Assembly (NCBI RefSeq): GCF_036588685.1
Contig: NW_026963340.1
Location: 496,001-560,000 of the forward strand
Length of the DNA stretch: 64,000 bases
Source: Mytilus trossulus
Taxonomy: Eukaryota
Reading direction: 5' to 3'
Below, one piece after another: positions 29,291 through 39,685 of this stretch. The notes under the pieces were generated by a model. The model worked only from the letters and a program-made list of their open reading frames with translations, was not told the DNA's origin and searched no databases. A program made the translations under genes and the position numbers. Every line of letters begins with the position of its first letter. Within the stretch, counting starts at the first letter, position 1.

Positions 29291-32200
29291 ATATAAACCC
29301 TTTATGTCTGATGGGTTTGTTTCTATTGTTGATGATACCAATCTTCCGCCTAAGATGTTACGGGACACTGGAGCTTCTCAGTCTTTATTGTAAGAAGGTG
29401 TGTTGTCTTTGTCCGAGAGAGACTTCTGTTGGTGCCTCCGTTTTGTAACAAGGTGTAGAGTAAGGTTGTACAGATGTTCCTCTACATCGTATATATCTGA
29501 AGTCAGATTTGATAACTGGACCAGTTGTTGTGGGTGTTCATCCTAGTCTCCCTGTTGAGGGTGTTACATTATTGCTAGGAAATGATCTAGCAAGGAACAA
29601 AGTGGTTGCTGAACCAATTGTTACCAGTGAATCGGTGGTGGATGTTAAATCACCTGAAGATGATGCTGAATTATATCCACCTTGTGTTGTTACTAGGGTG
29701 ATGGCTAGAAAACAACAAGATGAAAATTTGTAAAAAAAAAAGTTTGATTACATGGACCTTTCTGACACTTTCCTAGCTGACATTGAAGGTCCTTGTAGCT
29801 TAGAAAAGGCCATTAATAGACCACCTAGTGTCAACAAGAATGTTAATATGCCATGGCAAGACGTAAACAGCCATTCATTAGATTGAAATTATCTATTCAA
29901 AGAACAGCATAAAGACCCTAAGGTTCTTCAGCTTAGCCAGAGGGCTCAACCACAGGAGGAAGCAGACAAAGTGACCGAATGCTATTACCATCAGGACGGC
30001 ATTTTAATGAGAAAGTGGATGCCTCCTGATGCTACCCCAGAGGAGGAATGGAGAATGGTATACCAAGAAGTGGTGTCTAAAGTTCATAGGCAAGCAATTA
30101 TTGGTCTTGCCCATGACACCCCCTTGGCTGGACACTTAGGTATAAGAAAGACTGGCCTTAAGATATTGCAGCATTTCTACTGGCCCAGACTTCGAAATGA
30201 TGTCGCAAAATACTGAAAATCATGCCATATATGCCAGGTTGTTGGAAAGCCTAACCAGAAAATACCACCAGCACCAATTCTGGCTATTCCGACCTTTGAC
30301 GAACCTTTCAGCGGAGTTCTAATTGACTTCGTTGGACCTTTACCAAAGACCAAGACTGGAAATGCGTATTTATTGACAATCATGTGTACATCTACTCGCT
30401 TTCCTGCGGCTAGTCTGCTCAAAAATATCAAGACACCTACTATCGTCAGAGCTGCGATCAAATTGTACACGTTAGTAGGACTTCCGAAGTCCATACAATC
30501 CGACCAGGGATCAAACTTCATGTCAGGTTTATTTCAGCAAGTCGTGTACCAGTAAGGGATTGCTCAGTACAGATCAAGTGCTTACCATCCAGAATCTCAA
30601 GGTGCCTTAGAACGTTTTAGTCAAACATTGTAGAACATGATTAAAACTTTTTGTCTACAATTTGACAGATACTGGGATGATGGAGTTCGCTTTCTAATTT
30701 TTGCGGTCCAAGAGGCTGTTCAAGAATCCCTTGGATTTAGTCCCTTTGAGTTGGTCACATTGTAAGGGGATCGTTAACATTGATTAAGGAAAAATGGCTT
30801 ACTGAACATACTGACTTGAATCTTTTATACTATGTATCTAGATTTAAAGAAAAATTGTATACTGCTTGTCAAATTGCTATGAAAAACTTAACAAATGTAC
30901 AGAACAAGATGAAAATATGGTATGATAAAGATACCAGGAACAGGGTTTTTTTGCCAGGTGATAAGGTGCTTGTTTTTTTACCAGTCTTTGGACATCCTTT
31001 ACAGGTTGAATATTGTGGTCCTTATACAATAAAGAGCAAAATAATGATTTAAATTATATTGTAAAAACTCCAGGTCGGCGCAAACAAAATAGAGTGTGTC
31101 ACATTAATATGTTAAAACCATATTTTGAGCGTACTAATGAATGTGAGAGTAAACCAGTTGCCACTTTAGGCATGGTTAAATTTGAGAACAATCATGACAA
31201 ACCAGAAGTAATTAAAATACCTTTTAGTTGTAAAACTATGGACGATATCTTTAGATTGAAAAATTCGGAAATTTTGTCAAATTTAGATTCAAAACTTGCA
31301 CATCTGTCTTTTGATCGTAGAGAAGATATAAAAGCTTTGGTATTTACTTTTAAAAATCTTTTTCTAGATGTGCCAAACAAAACCACTGTTGTTTGTCATG
31401 ATGTTGATATAGGAGATGCTTCTCCAATTAAGCAATATCCTTACCAGCTGAAGCCACCCAAACTTGAAGTTATGAGAAAATAAATTAAATATATGCTTGA
31501 CGATGATATTATTGAGCCGAGTAACAGTGAATGGAGCTCTCCTTGTCTCCTTGTGCCAAAATCTGATTCTATCCGATTCCAAGGATAGATGATTGTATTG
31601 AGAACATTGGTTTAGCAAAATTTAAGAGCAAATTTGGTTTGTTGAAAAATTATTGGCAAGTTCCATTGGTACAAAGAGCTAGTGAAATATCAGCTTTTGT
31701 TACACCAGATGGCTTAATCTAATATACTGTAATGCTGTTTGGCATGAAAAGCGCACCAGCTACGTTTCAAAGAATGATCAATAATGTTATAAAAGATTTA
31801 GACTGTTGTTATGCTTATTTTTATAATCTTATTGCATGTAGTGATAGCTGGGAACATCATTTGACACATTTCGATGATACTTTTGATAGATTGTCACAAT
31901 CAAATTTGACTGTTAATCGTGGTAAAATTGAATTTTGTCAGGCCACTGTTGATTATTTAGGACATACAGTTGGTTAAGGTCAAGTGAAACCTATTATGAC
32001 TAAAGTTGAAGCCATTTTCAAATTTCCTTCTCCTACAAATTGAAAACAACTTATGAAATATTTAGGCATGATTGGATTTTACAGAAAGTTTTGTTCAAAT
32101 TTTGCTGCTGTGGTTCAACCATTGACTCATCTTTTACGAAAAGATTATAAATTTATATGGAGTGAAAATTGTCAAAACGCTTTTAAAGATAGCAAATCAC

Positions 32201-32620
32201 TTTTAATTAATAGTCCAGTTCTGATTACTCCAGACTTTGAAAAACGATTTAAACTTGCCGTTGGTGCAAGCGATGTAGGAATTGGGCCGTTTATATCAAG
32301 AGACAGATCATAGTGTTGAGAAACCTATATAAGGTTTTTCTACGAAAATTAGATGAACATCAGAAAAATTATTCAACTATTGAAAAAGAGTGTTTTGCAA
32401 TGTTGTCTGCACTTCGACATTTTGATGTATATTTGAATACCACTGTATATCCTATTCTTGTTAGTACTGATCATAATCCTCTCACCTTCATACATTAAAT
32501 GCAAAACAAGAATCAGAGGTTGACTAGGTGGAGTTTATTGTTACAGGAATATGATGTTATAGTAAAACATATTAAGGGTAAATATAATGTAATAGCAGAT
32601 AATTTATCTAGAGCTTATTA
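29291..32620 (+). pseudogene. pol: Decayed pol of Gypsy element A with Gmr1-like order PR-IN-RT-RH
   Basis: LRDTGASQSLL and LLLGNDLA (protease); HDTPLAGHLG..FYWP..CHICQ, IDFVGPLP, IQSDQGSNF (integrase); then MLFGMKSAPATFQR with decayed YxDD (AYFYNL); FKLAVGASD, YSTIEKEC, TDHNPL (RNase H). Confidence 0.92.
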
Positions 32621-32704
32621 AAACATTTTGTATATACTATGTATTTTTGTTCATATTATTCATAAGAAGTTTTTGTTACACTAAAACTTCTTTTAAGGGG
32701 GAGG

Positions 32705-33306
32705 TGTTATGATATTGTAATTATTGTATTTAGTTATGTTGGCCTAATTTGTGTTGTATGGCCTGATAGTTGTTTACAAAATAATCGTATAACTATGCAG
32801 TTTAAAAATCACTGGAACAATCACAGATACTTATGGAATGATTGGAACTTTCTATTTGACGTACATAATGATCCTAATAAAAGGTGCGTTATATAAACTT
32901 CTACATTTTACTAGAAACTTCCGTTGTAACTTTCTAGTACGTTCCATTCGAGAGTGTTCTAGAATTTTCCGTGACAACTATATATATTTACAGACACTCT
33001 CAGACTTAGACTTAGACATTGATAGACTTGAGTATTCACAGCATTTGGATTGACAATTTAATTCTACAAACAACATCTTACTGGATTGTGACCTTAGTAG
33101 TGAACGTAATATTCTGATTGGATTCCTAGAAAATTTACGGATACAGATAAAGATAAAAGATTAGACTTATATTTTGACAGTTAAGTTGACAGTTATATTT
33201 GTGTAATACTTCTTGTAAACTTTTGTATAATAAATATTGTTAAATTTTATTATCGATTTGTGTCTTTTGTTGGATACTATTTTAAAGGCAAATTCTGGCC
33301 GTAACA
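32705..33306 (+). mobile_element. Complete 3' LTR of Gypsy element A
   Basis: Polypurine tract aagggggagg directly upstream; TGTTAT...GTAACA; AATAAA near 33228. Confidence 0.92.
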
Positions 33307-33307
33307 A

Positions 33308-34049
33308 TCTATAATACTAAAATAACGAGATCCAATTTGTCAGCCGTCATCACGTAAAAACGACGAATCAAAGAATTCAACTTTATATATAACTATTATA
33401 GTACAAAGGTGTAGATAAAAAATTATACAACCCAGGTCCTTTTGTTTTCCACGTAATTAATATTGCCAATAATTAAGAAGTTTCGGGTCGAGTCCGAAAC
33501 CGAAACCAATCGTATATTCACATTTTATCTATCACCTTATATGTACGTTCTGCATCTGACAGGCGCACCACCAAACGGTTTATTCAGGTTTAATATGACA
33601 TATACACGGGTCATAATAACAGGATTGACACTACTAAATTTTCAAATTGTTACCTTTTGTAGTATTTTAATTAGTGAGACTTTATAAGATAACAATATTA
33701 ATACTAAAAATCTGGACTAAAAATAAGTCGTATGCGTGTGTATGTATAGTTTTCAATTTGTTAGCGGGTATGACTTAAAACAGCGAATCAAAGAATCTAA
33801 CTTTATTTATAACTAATATAGGACAATGCTGTTGATTAAAAAATACTCCACTCCAGGACCTTTTTTTTCCAAATAATTAATATTACCAATAATTGATGAG
33901 TTTCAGGTCGACGGGTTCTAACAGAAAGATTTGAAAGCAGAGAAAACTGTGTATCTTATAATCGGCATGACTTATACTAAAATAAGGCTTGCGCAAAGTT
34001 ATATCCTTTAATTCAGTCACGGACCAGCGATATCACGGGTGTGTTCTAG
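33308..34049 (+). mobile_element. Non-autonomous Helitron
   Basis: A|TCTATAATAC...imperfect hairpin accagcgatatcacgggt...CTAG|T. Inserted between A and T with no TSD; internal duplicated block gaatcaaagaat..aacttta. Confidence 0.85.
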
Positions 34050-34479
34050 TATAACATAGATATGGGTATAAAAATTAGCATCTCATGTTGTCGTTTACCA
34101 TCTTTGCCGCAAATTCATTGTTTTCTACTTGGTATAAAATGAATATAGAGATCTATTCTATTACACCTTGTGATCAATTTATTTGGCAATCGTCAATGAC
34201 AGTCAACAGGGTTTAAGAAAATTAGTCATTCGACCTGTTAGTTAAATGCGTTTTGTTAAAAGATATTGTTTTCACTCTTTTTATCCTATGGAAAATGTTG
34301 TTTGTGCTGTATTAAGACCCCTCTACAATGAAATTTGTTACATGCTCACGTATGAAAATCGCAGTTTTTATCCAGCGCAATCATAGGTTTGAACGTTGTT
34401 ATAAATTTAGACTTGCATAAATATATACATATATATATATATATACAAAAAAAGTTTCTTTTCAAGCGGTGTACAGAAT

Positions 34480-34567
34480 TATATATTAAAAATTAAATAC
34501 ACAAAAAGAGTTTTAAAAGCAATGCTGCTTTTAAAACTCTTTTTGTGTATTTAATTTTTAATATATA
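34480..34567. repeat. Perfect 42-bp-arm hairpin between (TA)n runs
   Basis: tatatattaaaaattaaatacacaaaaagagttttaaaagca-atgc-tgcttttaaaactctttttgtgtatttaatttttaatatata. Confidence 0.9.
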
Positions 34568-34582
34568 TATATATATAGATAG

Positions 34583-34866
34583 ATAGATTGCCTAACAATG
34601 TAATTTTAACACACTATTTAGTATGTAAATATAAGAATGTTTAAAATATTTACAAAATGATGAAAATAAACGCAATATTTCGCTAGACCAACTAGCTTTA
34701 TCAAGCGTGCATCTATCCAGGTGAAATCGGATGTAGATGATAAGAAACTTTTGCAGCTCAATGTATATGTTGAACTTAGCTGCCTTCATCATTTTGTAAA
34801 TATTTTAAACATTCTTATATTTACATACTAAATAGTGTGTTAAAATTACATTGTTAGGCAATCTAT
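34583..34866. repeat. Perfect 82-bp inverted repeat with a 120-bp spacer; probable inverted Penelope pseudo-LTR fragment
   Basis: Arms 34583-34664 and 34785-34866; the spacer contains a minimal hammerhead. Confidence 0.85.
34670..34708 (-). ncRNA. Minimal Penelope-type hammerhead ribozyme, U3-A8 variant
   Basis: acgc UUGAUAA a GCUAG uuggu CUAGC GAAA UA UU gcgu. Stems I and II pair; the C3-G8 pair is replaced by U3-A8. Confidence 0.65.
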
Positions 34867-34964
34867 AATTTTATTTGTGTAATTGAATTAATCTCTGTAC
34901 TGATTAATCCACACTCCCATAGATTTGTATGTCATGTGCTGCTATTTATAGGCACTTATATATA

Positions 34965-35302
34965 TATATTTTCTGTGACTGTATCTTACATTAATTTGTA
35001 GGATCCTTTACTATAGATAATTTAGCTGATCTGTAACAATAACATCTTCATGCCTTATATATCATGTACTGTAGTACGCCGCTAGATTAAAACTGACGTG
35101 GAAAGGTAACATATGGCCACCGAAAGCTCTTTTTTGAGAGCCCAGGTGGTCGTGTGGTCTAGCGGGACGGCTGCAGTGCAGGCGATTTGGTGTCACGATA
35201 TCACAGTAGCATGGGTTCGAATCCCGGCGAGGGAAGAACCAAAAATTTGCGAAAGCAAATTTACAGATCTAACATTGTTGGGTTGATGTTTAGACGAGTT
35301 GT
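34965..35302 (+). mobile_element. (TA)n-flanked repeat containing a tRNA-derived Pol III unit (35140-35236)
   Basis: A box tggtcgtgtggtctag, B box ggttcgaatccc. Other copies at 20585-20750(-), 36138-36355(-) and 42520-42690 (partial). Confidence 0.75.
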
Positions 35303-37149
35303 ATATATATATATATATATAGTCAATGCGTTTTGTTAAAATTTACTTTTTCACTTTCTTGGTCTTTTGGAAAATGTTGTTTGTGCTGTATTTAGACCCT
35401 TCTACAACGAAATTTGTTTTACATGTACACCTTTAAAAATTTCGGTTTTTATCCAACGCAATCATAGGTTTGAATGTAGTTTTCAATTAAGACTTGTTTA
35501 TATTTTTTTCGTTTGGGTTTGTATGATATTTTCCCTCCGGTTTATATGATCCGTTCATCCTATATTGACTCTTGAAATTCAAGAGTCTATCTAAAAATAA
35601 GGATACATTTTATATGGCCTTCCAAATACCGTTTCGATCTCTAACATCACTGGAGAGACATTTATTGTCGAAATCCGGGTCTGGTGTACTAAAAAAGATA
35701 TTGACACCTTATGTTTGTTGCATAACATCGAGGCCACAAGTTAATTGTTTTCTGTTTAGTATTAAATTTATAGTAAGATCCATTTTGTTACATCTTGTGA
35801 TCAATTTTCTTTGGCAATCGCCAATGGCAGTCAGCAGGGTCAAAGAACATCAGTTCTTCAACCTGTTAGTCAGCGCAATCATAGGTTTGAACGTTGTTAT
35901 AAATTTAGACTTGCATATATACATATATATATATATATAAAGTCAATGCGTTTTGTTTAAATTTTACTTTTTCACTTTTTGGGGCTTTTGGAAAATATTG
36001 TTTGTGCTGTATAAAGACCCTTCTACAACGAAATTTGTTTTACATGCACACGTATACAAATTGCGGTTTTATCCAACGAAATCATAGGTTTGAACGTAGT
36101 TTTCAATTTAGACTTGTTCATATATATGTATGTATATACCACTCCTCTAAACATCAACCTAAGAATGTTAGATCTGTAAATTTGTTTTCACAATTTTTTG
36201 TTCTTCCCTCGCCCAGATTCGAACACATGCTACTGAGATATCGTGACACCCAATCGACTGCACTGCAGCCGTCCCTTTAAACCACACAACAACCTTGGCT
36301 TCTTATAAAAATGAAGCTTTCGATGGCCGGGTGTTACCTTTCCACGTCAGTTCTAATACTGATAAATAAAAAGTCCTTTGTACAGAAATTAAAGTTTAAA
36401 ATACAGAAACAATGTTTGATTTATGACACCACAATATAATTTTTTAAGATAATATTTTCCTTGCTTATCTCATTTCAACATCCAAAACTGGACCACTTTG
36501 GAACAATTACTTTTTAAATTCGAGCTCTTGATGTAAAGTTATAATCGTATTGACAAAACTGCACTTTAAATTCCCTGAAAACAATATCAGATCTACATTT
36601 CATGCTAATTCCGTGAACTAGTATAATTTTATGTTCCCAAATTAAAAAAAAAGTATATATCTGAAGGGAAACTTGGATATCAATAGAGCTTGCTAAACAA
36701 AATTAGCAACAAATTAAGAGAAATCTACAATAACACCGTCTGTGTTTCACTATGACTTAATGCAACTCAAATGATGTAAGAGAGGCTAAATTGAATGATA
36801 AAATACAAAACAAGAGGGTGTTGTTTTTTTCTACATTGTCTAGACCCTCAAAGGAAGGGTTGAGTTTTCACTCAACATGTTTACTCCACCACATTATTGC
36901 ACCTATTCCCAGTCAGCCTTTGTTTGTCTTTTTTTTTTATAATTTTGGTTCATTTGTATGTATAAGAGTTAAGGATGGTGTCAATTTCGCTGAAATAGTG
37001 TACAAAATAATTAAGGGGTCAGCTGAAGCCCAGTTCATTGTGTCAGATTTACTCGCTATGTTTTTTCTTTGACCCATTTCCTATTTCAGTTCTCTATTTA
37101 ACGTTTTAAAAATCAAACAAGAAATTACCAAGATTTTACAATTTTTATT

Positions 37150-37445
37150 TTGTTTGGCCTTCTGTTAGGGGCATTATGTTTTTTTAGTCTGTGCGTCCGT
37201 TCGTCTGTCTGTCCCGCTTCAGATTAAAGTTTTTGGTTAAAGTTAATGGTCAAAGTAGTTTTTGATGATGATGAAGTTTAAGTCTAATCAACTTGAATGA
37301 AACTAAGTAAACATGTTTCCTTTGGTATGATCTTTCAAGTTTTGATGCAAAATGAGAGTTTTGATCTCAATTTTATGGTCCAATGAACACAACAAAAATG
37401 ATAGTACTGGAAGGGCATCTATGTACTATGGACACATTCTTGTTT
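37150..37445 (+). mobile_element. Decayed short HINE/pearl-like element
   Basis: gggcattatg, gtccgttcgtctgtctgtcc microsatellite, 3' gggcatc..tgt....ggacacattcttgtt. Confidence 0.55.
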
Positions 37446-38581
37446 TGTAATTAGTTCGTACAACTAAATGTTTCACACAACAAATAGATTATTAGTGATA
37501 CCGATAACAACAGGAATACATATGTATATAAACATAAGATAATATAGTCGGTCTACAAAGATCCTATGTAACACATGTGGAACAGGATCTGCTTTACCTT
37601 CCTGATCAACAGAGATCACCCCTAGTTTTTGGTGGGGTTCGTGTTGCTTATTCTTTAGTTTTCTAAGTTGTGTCGTGTGTACTAGTTTTTTATTAACCCC
37701 GCCGCATTTTTGCGCCTGTCCCAAGTCAAGAGCCTCTGGTCTTTGTTAGTCTTGTATTATTTTAATTTTAGTTTCTTGTGTACAATTTGGAAATTAACAT
37801 GGCGTTCATTATCAATTAACTAGCATATATTTGTTTAGGGGACAGCTGAAGGACGCCTCCGGGTGGTGGAATTTCTCGTTATATTGAAGACCTGCTGGTG
37901 ACCTTCTGCTGTTGTTTTTTTGCTATGGTCGGGTTGTTGTCTCTTTGATACATTCCCCACTTCCATTCTCAATTTTATTGTTGGCTGTTTGTATTTTTCA
38001 CTTTAAGCCATGACGTTGTCCCTCTGGTATCTTTCGTCCCTCTTTTACAATTTTTAACAAAAATTAACTAAGTTATTTATTTCCATTTTTCACAATTTTT
38101 CTCTTAACATCGCATTTTAACCAAGAATAACAATTTTAAAAAGTACGTAGGACTTCTTAAGATAAACATTGTTTTTTATTTTCTATTTAGATCCCAATTG
38201 CAAAGTTTTAACAATCAATAATCGAGATTTTTTCCCCCAGTTTATCTAGTTTCTCTCTCTTAGTCTGGCGTACTAAATTATAATCCTGGTACCTTTGATA
38301 ACTATTTACACCACTGGGTTGATGCCACTGCTGGTGGACGTTTCGTCCCCGAGTGTATCACCAGCCCAGTATTCAGCACTTTGGTGTTGACATGAATATC
38401 AATTATGTGGTCTTTTTAATAAATTTCCTGTATACAAAGCTTTGAATTAATCGAAAAACTAAGGATTTTCTTATTCCAGGAATAGATTACCCTAGCTGTA
38501 TTTGGCACAACTTTTTGGAATTTTGGATCCTCAATGCTCTTCAACTTTTAACTTGTTTACCCTTTAACTATTTTGATATGA

Positions 38582-38625
38582 GCGTCACTGATGAGACTTA
38601 TGTAGACGAAACGCGCGTCTGGCGT
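38582..38625 (+). ncRNA. Type I hammerhead ribozyme (predicted cleavage after GUC at 38619)
   Basis: gcguca CUGAUGA gac uuaugua gac GAAA cgcgcg UC uggcgu. Confidence 0.85.
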
Positions 38626-38935
38626 ACTAAATTATAATCCTGGTACCTTTGATAATTATTTACACCACTGGGTCGGTGCCACTGCTGGTGGACGTTTCGT
38701 CCCCGAGGGTATCACCAGCCCAGTAGTCAGCACTTCGGTGTTGACATAAATATCAATTATGTGGTCTTTTTAATAAATCTCCTGTATACAAAGCTTTGAA
38801 TTAATCGAAAAATTAAGGATTTTCTTATCCCAGGAATAGATTACCCTAGCCGTATTTGGCACAACTTTTTGGAATTTTGGATCCTCAATGCTCTTCAACT
38901 TTTTACTTGTTTGGCTTTATAACTATTCTATATGG

Positions 38936-38979
38936 GCGTCACTGATGAGACTTATGTAGACGAAACGCGCGTCTGGCGT
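38936..38979 (+). ncRNA. Type I hammerhead ribozyme (predicted cleavage after GUC at 38973)
   Basis: Identical to 38582-38625. Confidence 0.85.
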
Positions 38980-39622
38980 ACTAAATTATAATCCTTGTAC
39001 CTTTGATAACTATTAACACATGTATTCAACCAAAATTACCCAGATATGAATATTGATAATTAAAGGATTTCATAAAATATCATACAATAGTCGTTTTTCT
39101 ATATAGATCAAACTTTTAAAAAAAATATTAACATTAACAACGGAGGTTTTCTACGTTTCCAGTTTTCAGTGTTTTTTTTCTCACTAAAAATCACTCACCT
39201 CACCTCAAAATTACTTCAATATGAATAATAATAGTTAGAGGACGTCATAATAAATACACTGTTAAGATAAGGATTCCTGTCTACAACAAGCTTTAGGTCT
39301 AAAAAATATAACCGTAAATAACGCTTTTTTCTTCTACTCCAGTTGAGTGGTTTTAAAGATCAATTGACTAGGTTATTTTTCATAGATTTTGAATGGAAAA
39401 TAAGTGTCTATGTTAAATGTATAAACGACTAGAGGAAATTATTTCCAGCCAACTTTTCAATGGCTTATATCTCGAAAAAAAAACATCAATTGTTTTCATT
39501 TTTTTTTTTCGTTTCTTTATTTAAATACTATTGATTTATGACAGTATTTTTCAAAGCTTGTTATTTAAAAGCAGAGTAGCAAACAGCCTTAAAAGCAATT
39601 TATAATGGCATTTTCAGCTTAC

Positions 39623-39685
39623 CTTTTGTCCTTTTCTTATCCATGGCAATCTCTTCGACTTTTTTCTTTTCTCTTTTTTTATTAG
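39623..39685 (-). CDS. Coding exon 5: basic cytoplasmic juxtamembrane segment (ANKKREKKKVEEIAMDKKRTK)
   Basis: ctgtAG acceptor, 63-nt phase 1-1 exon, AAG|GTAAGC donor. Lys-rich, fits the positive-inside rule. Confidence 0.72.

Larger units (their letters stand above)
38263..39014 (+). mobile_element. Non-LTR retrozyme: tandem 354-bp units (2.1 copies), each ending in a type I hammerhead
   Basis: Units start gtctggcgtactaaattataatcc at 38263, 38617 and 38971. Confidence 0.9.

Noticed and set aside
35140-35236. Functional tRNA gene
   Set aside because: Too long between the A and B boxes, no clean cloverleaf, and part of a multi-copy repeat.
38690-38725. Apparent antisense hammerhead (CUGGUGA...GAAAC) in the retrozyme unit, which would make it viroid-like with ribozymes on both polarities
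   Set aside because: Core A6 is G, stem II is poorly closed and there is no stem III/UH site. The related copy at 56465-56500 has TAAT in place of GAAA while keeping a different hairpin.
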